Position numbers and translations under genes: made by a program | DNA from: an uncultured Bacteriovoracaceae bacterium | GTDB taxonomy: Bacteria; Bdellovibrionota; Bacteriovoracia; Bacteriovoracales; Bacteriovoracaceae | Assembly: GCA_964012805.1 (NCBI GenBank) | Contig: CAXGUD010000011.1 | Span: 43,161-107,160 of the forward strand | DNA length: 64,000 nt | Direction of reading: 5' to 3' | In this document: positions 20,942 to 29,873 of the stretch, in pieces | Numbering within the stretch: the first letter of the stretch is position 1 | How the letters are laid out: each line of letters begins with the position of its first letter | Notes under the pieces: model-generated | Databases searched by the model: none | Told to the model about the DNA's origin: nothing | Seen by the model: the letters and a program-made list of their open reading frames with translations, nothing else

Positions 20942-21691
20942 ATGGATAGAGGTTTTTCTATAAAAAAATATGCCTATAGAACTGATAAAGGACCGGTATT
21001 AGACGTTAATGAAGATGATGTTGAAGTTGACTTAAAAAATGAAATATTTATTGTCTTGGATGGTTTTGGTGGAAGTAATGCTGGCGTAAAGGCTATTAAT
21101 ACAATCAAAGAAACAATTTTTCAATTTTATACAAAAGTTGTAGATGATCCCGACTCAACCCTTCCCTTCTTTTATAACCCACAATTCTTGATCGAAGGGA
21201 ATGCTTTAGTAAATGCTTTTCATAAAGCACATGAAGCTGTTGCTAACCAAAATAAAGAAAAAAGCCTTTCCGAAATGGGGGGTGCAAGTGTAATTGCAGC
21301 GGTTTTAAGTGGAAGGATTTTAACTATTGTGTCTATTGGGAATTGCTCAGGAGTGTTAATTCGTAATAATAATATTCAACTCATAAGCTATCCCGAAAGC
21401 TACGATTCTTTTAATGGTGAAATAAGTAGTAGATTTTTAACTAACTTTACTTTAAATGGTTTAGGACTTTTTAAATTTCCTTCCCTTTCTGTAAAAGAGC
21501 TTTTTCTTGAAGAAGCTGATAACGTCATTTTCTTAAGCGATGGAGCTTATAACCGTCTAAGTTTGTCTGAAATGAGAAACATTTTTTGTTATCCTAAATT
21601 AAATGATAAAGAAAAAATTAACAGAGTATTTAGCCTTGTTAATGGAAGAGGTAATCAAGATAATCAAACGTGCATGATTTTAGAATTTTAG
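20942..21691 (+). CDS. PP2C/PPM-family Ser/Thr phosphatase-like protein (degenerate motifs)
   Basis: NEDD, LDGFGG, LSDG and QDNQT motifs present; GDSR motif reads GNCS. Confidence 0.75.
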   Translation: MDRGFSIKKYAYRTDKGPVLDVNEDDVEVDLKNEIFIVLDGFGGSNAGVKAINTIKETIFQFYTKVVDDPDSTLPFFYNPQFLIEGNALVNAFHKAHEAVANQNKEKSLSEMGGASVIAAVLSGRILTIVSIGNCSGVLIRNNNIQLISYPESYDSFNGEISSRFLTNFTLNGLGLFKFPSLSVKELFLEEADNVIFLSDGAYNRLSLSEMRNIFCYPKLNDKEKINRVFSLVNGRGNQDNQTCMILEF

Positions 21692-21772
21692 TTAACTATT
21701 TTATTCTCCCCAAATAAGAATTTAATTTGCTATTATTAATAATAATTTATGTCTTAAAAGGCAGAGGAATAG

Positions 21773-23077
21773 ATGACTAAAAAGATTTTGGTAGCGGACG
21801 ATAGCCCAACGATTCAAAAAGTTATTTCTATAACCTTATCAGAAGAACCATTTGAAATTGATGAGTGCCTAAATACAAATGACCTTTTTGAGTATATAGG
21901 TGAAGAAAAATACAGTTTGATTTTATTGGATATAAATTTATCTGAAGATAAAACCGGGTATGATTTAACAAAAGAGGTATTGAAGAGGAGTCCAGATTCA
22001 AAAGTGATGTTATTGCTTGGAACTTTTGATACGATATCGGATTCGCAATTTTCTGATTCTGGTGCTCATGAAAAAATGATTAAACCATTTGATTCAAAGA
22101 AGTTTGTTCAAAGTTGTAGGAGCCTTGTCGGTGAGCATGATGAAGAAGAATACGACGATGAAGAATATGATGAAGATGAATATGATGAAGAGGAATATGA
22201 TGAAGAGGAATATGATGAAGAAAAGATGGAAGGTGAAGAAGATGAATATGAGTATGAGGAAGATGATTACGAAGAAGTAGAAGAAAAAGAAACCGAAAAT
22301 AATCATGAAAATTGGGTTGTTTCAGGTTCCGGCAAAAATATTGAAAGTAAAAATGATGCGTCACTTGCTATTTCTAGAATGGAAGAAAATGCTCAGAAAC
22401 TAAAATTAGAAAAAGAGCTGGATGATTGGGGTGGAGATCTTCCTTCAATTATAAGCGGTTCTGAATTGTCTTCCAAAGAAAGGATTCCACTACCTCCCCA
22501 GATAATTGATTCTAACTCATTAGGAACTTCTGATGTTTTTGAAATTAAAAAAAATGATGACTTGTTTCCGGAAGATGATGATTTAGATTACCCAGGTGAG
22601 ATGGATAAAAATGAATTAGAGCCTATTGATGGAATAGACTCTTCGCAGAGATTTTTATCTGCTGATGAACTTATCAATACTGAAGAGGAAGAAGATGAAG
22701 ATATGACTGATCCTTCATACAAGTTACCCGACAACCTTGGTAACGAACTTGAGAAAGAAGTTGATGCGGATATCTCCCCAGATGATTTTTGGGCAATAGA
22801 TTCAGGAAATGGCACTAAAGCTATTGAAAATATAAAAACTTCTTCAAGTGACTCTTTAAAATCCAATATTGCAGATAGTGATGAATTGGATCCAAAACCT
22901 GTAGAAAGTGATTATCTTCATAATATATCAATTGAAAAGCTTAGACCTATTATTGAAGAAGTAGTTAAAAAATACTGTGAAAGTACCGTTACTAAGGTGG
23001 CTTGGGAAGTCATTCCTGATTTGGCCGAAAACTTAATAAGGAAGGAATTGAAAGAAATTTCTCAAAAAATAGAATAA
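21773..23077 (+). CDS. romR: RomR-like polarity response regulator (receiver, acidic linker, conserved C-terminal helix)
   Basis: ILVADDS/LLDINL/IKPF receiver; C-terminal KVAWEVIPDLAENLIRKEL matches the RomR C-terminal signature as I recall it. Confidence 0.75.
   Translation: MTKKILVADDSPTIQKVISITLSEEPFEIDECLNTNDLFEYIGEEKYSLILLDINLSEDKTGYDLTKEVLKRSPDSKVMLLLGTFDTISDSQFSDSGAHEKMIKPFDSKKFVQSCRSLVGEHDEEEYDDEEYDEDEYDEEEYDEEEYDEEKMEGEEDEYEYEEDDYEEVEEKETENNHENWVVSGSGKNIESKNDASLAISRMEENAQKLKLEKELDDWGGDLPSIISGSELSSKERIPLPPQIIDSNSLGTSDVFEIKKNDDLFPEDDDLDYPGEMDKNELEPIDGIDSSQRFLSADELINTEEEEDEDMTDPSYKLPDNLGNELEKEVDADISPDDFWAIDSGNGTKAIENIKTSSSDSLKSNIADSDELDPKPVESDYLHNISIEKLRPIIEEVVKKYCESTVTKVAWEVIPDLAENLIRKELKEISQKIE
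22142..22216 (+). repeat. 5 x 15-nt coding tandem repeat (EEEYD) in the RomR linker
   Basis: gaagaagaatacgac/gatgaagaatatgat/gaagatgaatatgat/gaagaggaatatgat/gaagaggaatatgat. Confidence 0.9.
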
Positions 23078-23085
23078 GAATTAAT

Positions 23086-23832
23086 TTATGAAATTATATT
23101 AAGCGAACCTGACATGAATTTTTCTTGTCTTTTATTTTCAAGCTCAAGAATTGCTTCACCATTTGAACCAATTCCTTTGAATATTCCCTCTTTAAAGCTA
23201 TTTTCTGAGTGAGAAATTTTAACAGGTTTATTCATGTGAATACAGAGTTTTTCCCATGAGGCTAATCTATTTTCCTTTGAAGGATACCTTTCTAAAAAAA
23301 ACTTATAAAAATCTAGAGGAAGGGTTTTTTTATCATTTTCGGATAACTCAATTTTGTCTGAAATAAAACCCGGCTTTGTTTTATATAAGTTGTTTGACTC
23401 AAAATTAATGGGCCCGTAATTTAAGCCAATGCCTGCGATGATTATTTTAGGGTTAATATAATGACATAAGATGCCACCACATTTTTCACCATTAATAGTC
23501 AAGATGTCGTTGGGCCACTTTACCTTTAATTTTTTTCCTGTCTTTAAATTTAACCATTCTGCAAGATAGGCACTTAGCTCTAAAGGTAATGTAGGAAGGT
23601 TTTTTGTTGGGTCAGTTTTTATAGTAAAAGAAAAAGCCAAAGAGTTTTTGAAACTATCCCATTTGTTTCCATGCCTTCCAACTCCATTAGATTGATTTGA
23701 AGTTGAAATGAGTATGTTTTGTACGACTTCTTCTTTTTCAATCGATGATTTTTGATCAAGTAGCTGGCTTTTAAGTAGGTTTTGTGTCGAATGGACCTTT
23801 TCGTAGTGAAGGTGAGAAATCTTTGTTGTCAT
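23086..23832 (-). CDS. birA: Biotin--protein ligase (group I, no HTH)
   Basis: HSTQ, QSNGVGRHGNKW, VKWPNDI, KCGGIL, GIGLN. Confidence 0.88.
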   Translation of the reverse strand: MTTKISHLHYEKVHSTQNLLKSQLLDQKSSIEKEEVVQNILISTSNQSNGVGRHGNKWDSFKNSLAFSFTIKTDPTKNLPTLPLELSAYLAEWLNLKTGKKLKVKWPNDILTINGEKCGGILCHYINPKIIIAGIGLNYGPINFESNNLYKTKPGFISDKIELSENDKKTLPLDFYKFFLERYPSKENRLASWEKLCIHMNKPVKISHSENSFKEGIFKGIGSNGEAILELENKRQEKFMSGSLNIIS

Positions 23833-23910
23833 GACTTTTGAGGCCTATGGATTTTGTAGACTAATTATTGTAATAAAAAACCTAGCAAAAACTATAATAC
23901 CGGAGATTGT

Positions 23911-24615
23911 ATGTCACTGATTGAGAGAGAGAACCCAAGAGAAATTAAGTTTACGCCAGGCATTAATCCTTATGCGGCTGGAAGTACATTGGTTGAGTTT
24001 GGAAATACAAAAGTACAGGTGACTGCTAGTATAGAAGAAAGTGTACCACCCTTTATGAGAGGACAAGAAAGGGGATGGATTACAGCTGAGTATTCTATGT
24101 TACCGAGCTCCACACATACAAGAAGTCGAAGAGAAAGAAGTAAAGTTTCAGGTAGAACTCAAGAAATCCAAAGGCTTATTGGAAGAAGCTTAAGGGCCGT
24201 TGTTGACTTGGAGAGCTTAGGAGAAAGATCGATAACTATTGATTGCGATGTTTTAATTGCAGATGGGGGTACGAGAACTGCTTCTATCTCAGGAGCTTAT
24301 GTAGCTCTAGAGTTGGCTTGTAGGAAGCTAATCTCTGAAGGGGTGATTGAAAAAAACCCAGTTAAAAAGAGCCTAGCTGCCTTGAGTGTTGGAATTAATG
24401 GACAAGGCAAGGTTATTGCTGACTTAAACTATGAAGAGGATTCAAGCTGTGAAACTGATATGAATATAGTTATGACGCATGATGGTGAGTTCGTTGAAAT
24501 ACAAGGAACTGCTGAAGGAGTACCTTTCTCTAAAGAGCAATTGGGTGCTTTAGTCGATTGCGCTGAAAAAGCTTTAAAAAAGGTCTTTGAAGAACAAAAG
24601 AGGGCTTTACTGTAA
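23911..24615 (+). CDS. rph: Ribonuclease PH
   Basis: [43 protein letters not shown]. Confidence 0.97.
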   Translation: MSLIERENPREIKFTPGINPYAAGSTLVEFGNTKVQVTASIEESVPPFMRGQERGWITAEYSMLPSSTHTRSRRERSKVSGRTQEIQRLIGRSLRAVVDLESLGERSITIDCDVLIADGGTRTASISGAYVALELACRKLISEGVIEKNPVKKSLAALSVGINGQGKVIADLNYEEDSSCETDMNIVMTHDGEFVEIQGTAEGVPFSKEQLGALVDCAEKALKKVFEEQKRALL

Positions 24616-25244
24616 TGGAAATATTATTAGCTTCTGCAAATCTTCATAAGTTTGAAGAGTTTAAAAAAATGTTGGGTCAGGTAGGTTCCACTTTCTCAAT
24701 TTTAAAGGCCCAAGAATCGTTAGAGGTTGAAGAAAGTGGTGGAAGCTATACTGAAAATGCCTATTTAAAAGCAAAGGCATACTATGAGAAGTTTAATACT
24801 CCTACTATGAGTGATGATTCGGGCTTAGATGTTTTAAGTTTGCCAGATGAGTTGGGTATTTATTCAGCTAGATTTGGTGGGGAAGGCCTTTCCGATAGCG
24901 ATAGGGTTAACCTTCTTCTTGATAAGCTTCAAGGTCAAGGGTTTGAAGACAGGCAGGCGGCTTTTACTTGTGTTTTGTGCTTTTACCTAAGTCCAAAAGA
25001 GGTGTTTTTCTTTGAAGGAAGGCTAACTGGATATATAGCAAATGCTGTAACGGGAAGTGGGGGGTTTGGTTATGACCCTGTTTTTATCCCTTTTGATCAT
25101 GGAGAGCCCCTCGAAGAGAAGGAAATTGCAAAGTTATTTACTTTAGCTGAAAATCCAAGTTGGAAGAAGGAAAACTCTCACCGAGCAAAAGCATGTCGCC
25201 ATGCGATAGAATTCTTTAAGGAAAGAGTTTGCCAAAATGTATGA
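24615..25244 (+). CDS. rdgB: dITP/XTP pyrophosphatase (Ham1/RdgB)
   Basis: ASANLHK, DDSGL, GIYSARF, GFGYDPVF, SHRAKA; coupled to rph. Confidence 0.95.
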   Translation: MEILLASANLHKFEEFKKMLGQVGSTFSILKAQESLEVEESGGSYTENAYLKAKAYYEKFNTPTMSDDSGLDVLSLPDELGIYSARFGGEGLSDSDRVNLLLDKLQGQGFEDRQAAFTCVLCFYLSPKEVFFFEGRLTGYIANAVTGSGGFGYDPVFIPFDHGEPLEEKEIAKLFTLAENPSWKKENSHRAKACRHAIEFFKERVCQNV

Positions 25245-25257
25245 AATTAATTATACA
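25229..25257 (+). promoter_or_regulatory. Candidate sigma70 promoter for tRNA-Pro
   Basis: TTGCCA-N17-TATACA about 30 nt upstream of the tRNA. Confidence 0.5.
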
Positions 25258-25286
25258 GGTTTAGCTTTTACTTAAAGGCATTTAGT

Positions 25287-25363
25287 CGGAGCGTAGCGCA
25301 GCTTGGTAGCGCATCTGCTTTGGGAGCAGGGGGTCGGAGGTTCGAATCCTCTCGCTCCGACCA
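25287..25363 (+). tRNA. tRNA-Pro (TGG)
   Basis: CGGAGCG acceptor stem pairs with CGCTCCG; anticodon loop TTTGGGA; GGTTCGAATCC T-arm; encoded CCA; 77 nt. Confidence 0.98.
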
Positions 25364-25499
25364 TTTCTCTACTTTTCCAAATATTCAGTAAATCTTTCTT
25401 AATTATTTTGAGAGGCAAAAATTTTGCCACAAAGTGTACGCTGTGGGAGACTTTCAGTTTATACTGCATATCCCTTATTTTTAAGCGAGGAAAAGTTAG

Positions 25500-28400
25500 G
25501 TGAAACTCAAAAGACTGGTGATTCAAGGATTTAAATCTTTTAAAGACAGAACGACAATACATTTTGATGAGGGGATAACAGGGATTGTAGGTCCTAATGG
25601 ATGTGGAAAGTCGAATATTGTCGATGCACTTTTTTGGGTAATGGGAGAACAATCAGCAAAGCACCTAAGAGGAAATAGCATGAAAGATGTTATTTTCGCT
25701 GGTTCATCTAAATATAATCCTGGCTCCTGGGCAGAGGTTTCTCTTGTTTTAGATAACGATACAAAGAAACACATTCACATCGGTCAAAAAGTTAGTAGTC
25801 CTTCAGAAATTCAGTTAACAAGAAAGCTATATAGAAATGGTGAGTCAGAATATAGAATAAATGACTTACCTAGCAGGTTAAAGGATATTCAAGAAGTTTT
25901 CATGGATACTGGCGCAGGTTCAAAATCCTACTCGATTATTGCTCAGGGTGAAATTAATCGGCTTGTTCAGGCAAAGCCTGAAGAAAGACGAATGATGATT
26001 GAAGAGGTGGCAGGGATTACGAAGTTTAAAATTAGAAAGAGAGAGTCACTCAGAAAAATTGATCAAACTCAAGCCAACATGTCCAGGCTAAGTGACTTAA
26101 AAAATGAAATTGAAAAAAACTTAAAGTCCTTAAAGTCTCAATCTGAAAAGGCTGAGAAGGCTAGGAGCTTAAAAGAAAAAATTAAAAAAGGTGAGTTAAT
26201 AACTAACTCTCATAAAGTGTTTGACCTTCTAAAAAAGTATAAGGATGGGAAAAACTCAGTTTCCGAAAAGAAAATAGAAATTGCAGAAAAACTTAAAGAG
26301 AAAGATACTTTAGAAATTTTTCTCGAAGAAAAGAAACTATTGAAGGAAGAGAATGTTGAAAAAGTTGAGCTTCTTCAGGATGAGTTTAATACTCATTCGA
26401 AAGAGCTTGCTTCAAACGAAAGTAAACTACAGGGCTTAATTAAGTTAAAAGAAGAAAAGGAAAGCTTGGTAGAAAGGTTTGAAAGAGAAAAGAAATTATC
26501 TGAGGTTGAGTTAGAAAAAAGAATTCAGAAAAAAGAAGAAGTTCAGGAAAAATTAGAAGAGTTAGAAGTAATTGGAGAGCAAAATATTGATTTTGAAGAG
26601 GAAGAAGAAAAACTTTCTACTCTAATGGAAGGCCTTGAAGAAAAAGAAGAAGATTTAAGAATTCTTGAAGGTTCTTTGACAGAGGAGAATCAAAGGTTAC
26701 TTACAGTTGATCAAGACCTGTTTAAAAATACCTCAAAAATAGAAGAACTATCAAAAAACTTAGAAGATATAAATAAGGAAATTGAAGAGGTTGAAAAACG
26801 CTATTTAGGTTTTTCTAGTGAGGTAGTCGAAGAAAGAAGAGAAGTTCAAGACCGTAAGGGAGAGCTTCAGGTTTTAGAAAAACAAGAAGAAGACTCGATA
26901 AAAGAAATAGATGATATAGAGATAAAGTTTAAAGAGTCAAAGAAGGCTTTTGACGAAGCAAATAGTAGAGTTATTCAAGAAGAGACAATGTTAAAGTCAT
27001 TGCGAGAATTGAGAGACTCGCTTGAGGGCGCGGAGTCTGGCACGAGTGACTTTTTAGGTGAAAATAAAGATCACTATCAACTTTTTGGAAATGTAATTGA
27101 TTGTGAGGAAAAATACGAAAAAGGTGTTCAAGTACTTCTAAATGACTTCCTTGATGTTGTTATTTCCAAAGATGATAAATTTCAGGAGTTCTGTGATTGG
27201 CAAAAAGAGCACTCTGAAAAAACTCTGGATATTTTTGTCTCTAATCTCGACGACTTGAGCTCTGTTAGTGATGGATTTGAACCAGAAGTTTTAGAAAGAC
27301 TTAACCTCGCTGGTTATGGCGACGCAAAAAAACTATTTGATGTTATCTCTATTCCTGAAAACATGAAGACAAGGCTTAAAGAAACATTTTCAGGGTTTTA
27401 CTTAGTTGATTCATTAAAACCAGATGACTTTTGTGACAGTTTAAAGACGCTAAATTTCAAAAGAATCGTCTCCGCTGATGGTAAGGTTCTTATTAAAAAG
27501 TTTCAGGGCGGGAAAATAATAAACTGTAACCTAAGTGATACTTCAAGCCTTTTGGAGCAAAACAATAAAATAAAAAAGTTAGAGGAAGATTTAATTGTAT
27601 CCAGGCAAACTTTTAAGGACACAGAAGAAATTCTTGCTAAGTTGGAGCAGGAGTTAAATGAAAAGAAGGAACTACAAAAGTCTGTCTCTGAAAAAAAGCA
27701 AAAGGTGAGAGAGGAGTACCGTGTTAAAAAATCGGGATTGGAGATTAAGTTAGAAAATCACAATTTTAACTCCTCTAGATTAAATGTCTTAAAAGAGCGG
27801 AAACAAGATTTTTCACAAGAAAAATTAGGTTATATTGAGGGCGAAGAGACCATAAGGATTGAAAAAGAGGAACTCGAGGAAAAGCTTGAAACTTTCAAAG
27901 TGAAATTTGAGGAACTTGAACAAGAAGTACAAGTTGAGAGAAAAAGTTACGAAGCTCAAAAAGAAGACTTTTTAAGAAAAAAGATTGAAATAGATTCTTT
28001 TGAAGAAAAATTAAAAGCATTTAAAGATCAGAGTATAGATTTAAATGAGCAAATTGAGACACAAAAAGAGAGAATTCAGAGTTATGAAAGTTCCTTTGAA
28101 GAAAGCCAAAATACTATCGAATCGCTCGAAGAGGAGACGAAAACTCTAACCGTTGAGAATAAAGAAAAGGCTGAAGAGCTTTCTGATAAAGAAGAACTTT
28201 TAGGGAACTTTAAAGATGAGTTAGCCGATTTACTTCTTGAAATGGAAGAAAAAGGAAAACTTGTTAAAAATTTATCTTCAAGAATAAATAAGTTGGAAAA
28301 AGATGTTTTAGAATTTGAAACAAAAAGTGAGAGATTCCTTTTAGAGGAAGAAGAGATTGTTAAAAATATTTTTGAAAAATATAAAATAGACTTGAGAAAA

Positions 28401-29192
28401 TCAGTTGGCAAATTTTTAAATTTTATCGATGAAGATTATGAAGAGTTAAACTCTTTAGACGATCTTTTTGTAGAAACTTTGAATGATGGAACGGAAGTTC
28501 AAATAGAAAAAGAAAGCTTTGAGTTTCAAAAAAGATTTCCTCAGGAAGTAAAAGAGTGGCAGAGCAAATTTAAAAACTATAAGGCCCAATACAACGCTCT
28601 AGGAGAAATTAATTGGCAGGCTATAGAAGACTATAATCATCAAAAAGTTAGATTCGACTTTTTAAAAGATCAAGAAGATGAATTAAGTAGATCATTATTA
28701 GATTTAGAAGCTGCTATCGCTCAAATTGATAAGAAGTCTAAAGAAAGATTTAAAGAGGCCTTTTTGGAGGTTAATGAGAGATTTGAAAAAGTATTCCCAA
28801 TTATTTTTGGAGGTGGAGAGAGTAGCCTTAAAATTACAGGGGGCTTTGATGATCCAGATGCAGGCATAGATATCATTGCTAGACCACCTGGCAAAAAAAT
28901 GCAGAATATTAACCTAATGTCTGGTGGTGAAAAAGCCTTAACGGCCGTAAGCTTAATCTTTTCGATTTTTCTTGTTAAGCCATCTCCTTTTTGTTTACTG
29001 GATGAGGTTGATGCTCCTTTAGATGATGCCAATGTTGGGCGATTTAATGACTTGTTAAGAGAAATGAGCTCAGAATCTCAATTTATTCTAATTACGCATA
29101 ATAAGAAGACAATGGAGCTCAACGATCGCCTTTATGGTGTAACTATGCAAGAGCCGGGAATTTCGAAAACAATGTCTATTCAGTTACAATAA
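25500..29192 (+). CDS. smc: Chromosome segregation protein SMC
   Basis: GFKSF, Walker A GPNGCGKS, long coiled coils, MSGGE signature, LLDEVDAPLD, ITH. Confidence 0.96.
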   Translation: MKLKRLVIQGFKSFKDRTTIHFDEGITGIVGPNGCGKSNIVDALFWVMGEQSAKHLRGNSMKDVIFAGSSKYNPGSWAEVSLVLDNDTKKHIHIGQKVSSPSEIQLTRKLYRNGESEYRINDLPSRLKDIQEVFMDTGAGSKSYSIIAQGEINRLVQAKPEERRMMIEEVAGITKFKIRKRESLRKIDQTQANMSRLSDLKNEIEKNLKSLKSQSEKAEKARSLKEKIKKGELITNSHKVFDLLKKYKDGKNSVSEKKIEIAEKLKEKDTLEIFLEEKKLLKEENVEKVELLQDEFNTHSKELASNESKLQGLIKLKEEKESLVERFEREKKLSEVELEKRIQKKEEVQEKLEELEVIGEQNIDFEEEEEKLSTLMEGLEEKEEDLRILEGSLTEENQRLLTVDQDLFKNTSKIEELSKNLEDINKEIEEVEKRYLGFSSEVVEERREVQDRKGELQVLEKQEEDSIKEIDDIEIKFKESKKAFDEANSRVIQEETMLKSLRELRDSLEGAESGTSDFLGENKDHYQLFGNVIDCEEKYEKGVQVLLNDFLDVVISKDDKFQEFCDWQKEHSEKTLDIFVSNLDDLSSVSDGFEPEVLERLNLAGYGDAKKLFDVISIPENMKTRLKETFSGFYLVDSLKPDDFCDSLKTLNFKRIVSADGKVLIKKFQGGKIINCNLSDTSSLLEQNNKIKKLEEDLIVSRQTFKDTEEILAKLEQELNEKKELQKSVSEKKQKVREEYRVKKSGLEIKLENHNFNSSRLNVLKERKQDFSQEKLGYIEGEETIRIEKEELEEKLETFKVKFEELEQEVQVERKSYEAQKEDFLRKKIEIDSFEEKLKAFKDQSIDLNEQIETQKERIQSYESSFEESQNTIESLEEETKTLTVENKEKAEELSDKEELLGNFKDELADLLLEMEEKGKLVKNLSSRINKLEKDVLEFETKSERFLLEEEEIVKNIFEKYKIDLRKSVGKFLNFIDEDYEELNSLDDLFVETLNDGTEVQIEKESFEFQKRFPQEVKEWQSKFKNYKAQYNALGEINWQAIEDYNHQKVRFDFLKDQEDELSRSLLDLEAAIAQIDKKSKERFKEAFLEVNERFEKVFPIIFGGGESSLKITGGFDDPDAGIDIIARPPGKKMQNINLMSGGEKALTAVSLIFSIFLVKPSPFCLLDEVDAPLDDANVGRFNDLLREMSSESQFILITHNKKTMELNDRLYGVTMQEPGISKTMSIQLQ

Positions 29193-29201
29193 GGATGTAT
29201 A

Positions 29202-29849
29202 GTGGTTATGGGTCGTTTTGTAAAAGTTCTTTTTATTTTATTATATTTAGTTGGAAGTAATTGTTTAGCAAAGAGCGTGTCTTTAACTGGAAAAAATTTT
29301 ATTCCTGATACATTTAAAGCTTATTTTAAGCAATCTTATAAGAGCTCTCTGTCGGGAAAAGAAAAAGTTACGAAGGGGCATATTGAATATTTTTATCCAG
29401 GGAGAGTTCGTTTTGAAATAACCTCACCAGATAAAACCATTTTCGTTTCAAATCCTAAAACTACTTGGTATTACAACGCGCCTTTTGTTGATGGTGAACC
29501 TGGTGAAGTTCTGATTAAGAAAACAGGTAAAATGGTTATCTCAAAGTTTTTTGATATTCTAAAAACTGGGTTGAATAATAATGATTATTATAAAGTAAAA
29601 AATAAAAATAACCTCTACGAGGTAAGCTTTTCGAAAAGTGTAATGGCGGAAATAGGTATTAAAAAATCTATTTTGAGTTTTAATAAAACTAAGGGAGTAC
29701 TTCAATTTAGAGATGTTAGTTATATTGATCTTCATTATACGGATAAACGTATTGTTAAGATGGTTTTTTCAAAAATCGAGCAATCTGTGAAATTTGCAAA
29801 AAATAGATTCATTTTTAAGATCCCCGATAATACTCAGATTTCAAACTAA
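29202..29849 (+). CDS. lolA: Outer-membrane lipoprotein carrier LolA-like
   Basis: Signal peptide, FKAYFKQ, PGRVRFE, WYYN, FIFKIP. Confidence 0.7.
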   Translation: MVMGRFVKVLFILLYLVGSNCLAKSVSLTGKNFIPDTFKAYFKQSYKSSLSGKEKVTKGHIEYFYPGRVRFEITSPDKTIFVSNPKTTWYYNAPFVDGEPGEVLIKKTGKMVISKFFDILKTGLNNNDYYKVKNKNNLYEVSFSKSVMAEIGIKKSILSFNKTKGVLQFRDVSYIDLHYTDKRIVKMVFSKIEQSVKFAKNRFIFKIPDNTQISN

Positions 29850-29873
29850 AACTAATCTAATTGGGAAAAACCT

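Noticed and set aside
22080..22364. His-, Phe- or Met-rich ORFs and a possible CRISPR-like repeat
   Set aside because: Alternate-frame readings of the RomR acidic repeat; the units are contiguous 15-mers with no spacers and no cas genes.
25364..25499. Possible integration site at tRNA-Pro
   Set aside because: No integrase and no duplicated tRNA 3' end noticed; smc follows directly.
25272..25652. 126-aa and 66-aa ORFs around the tRNA
   Set aside because: They overlap tRNA-Pro and the smc start; spurious.
28082..29032. Minus-strand ORFs inside smc, and similar short ORFs nested in other genes
   Set aside because: Ser/Phe/Leu-rich antisense shadows of Glu/Lys-rich coding sequence.
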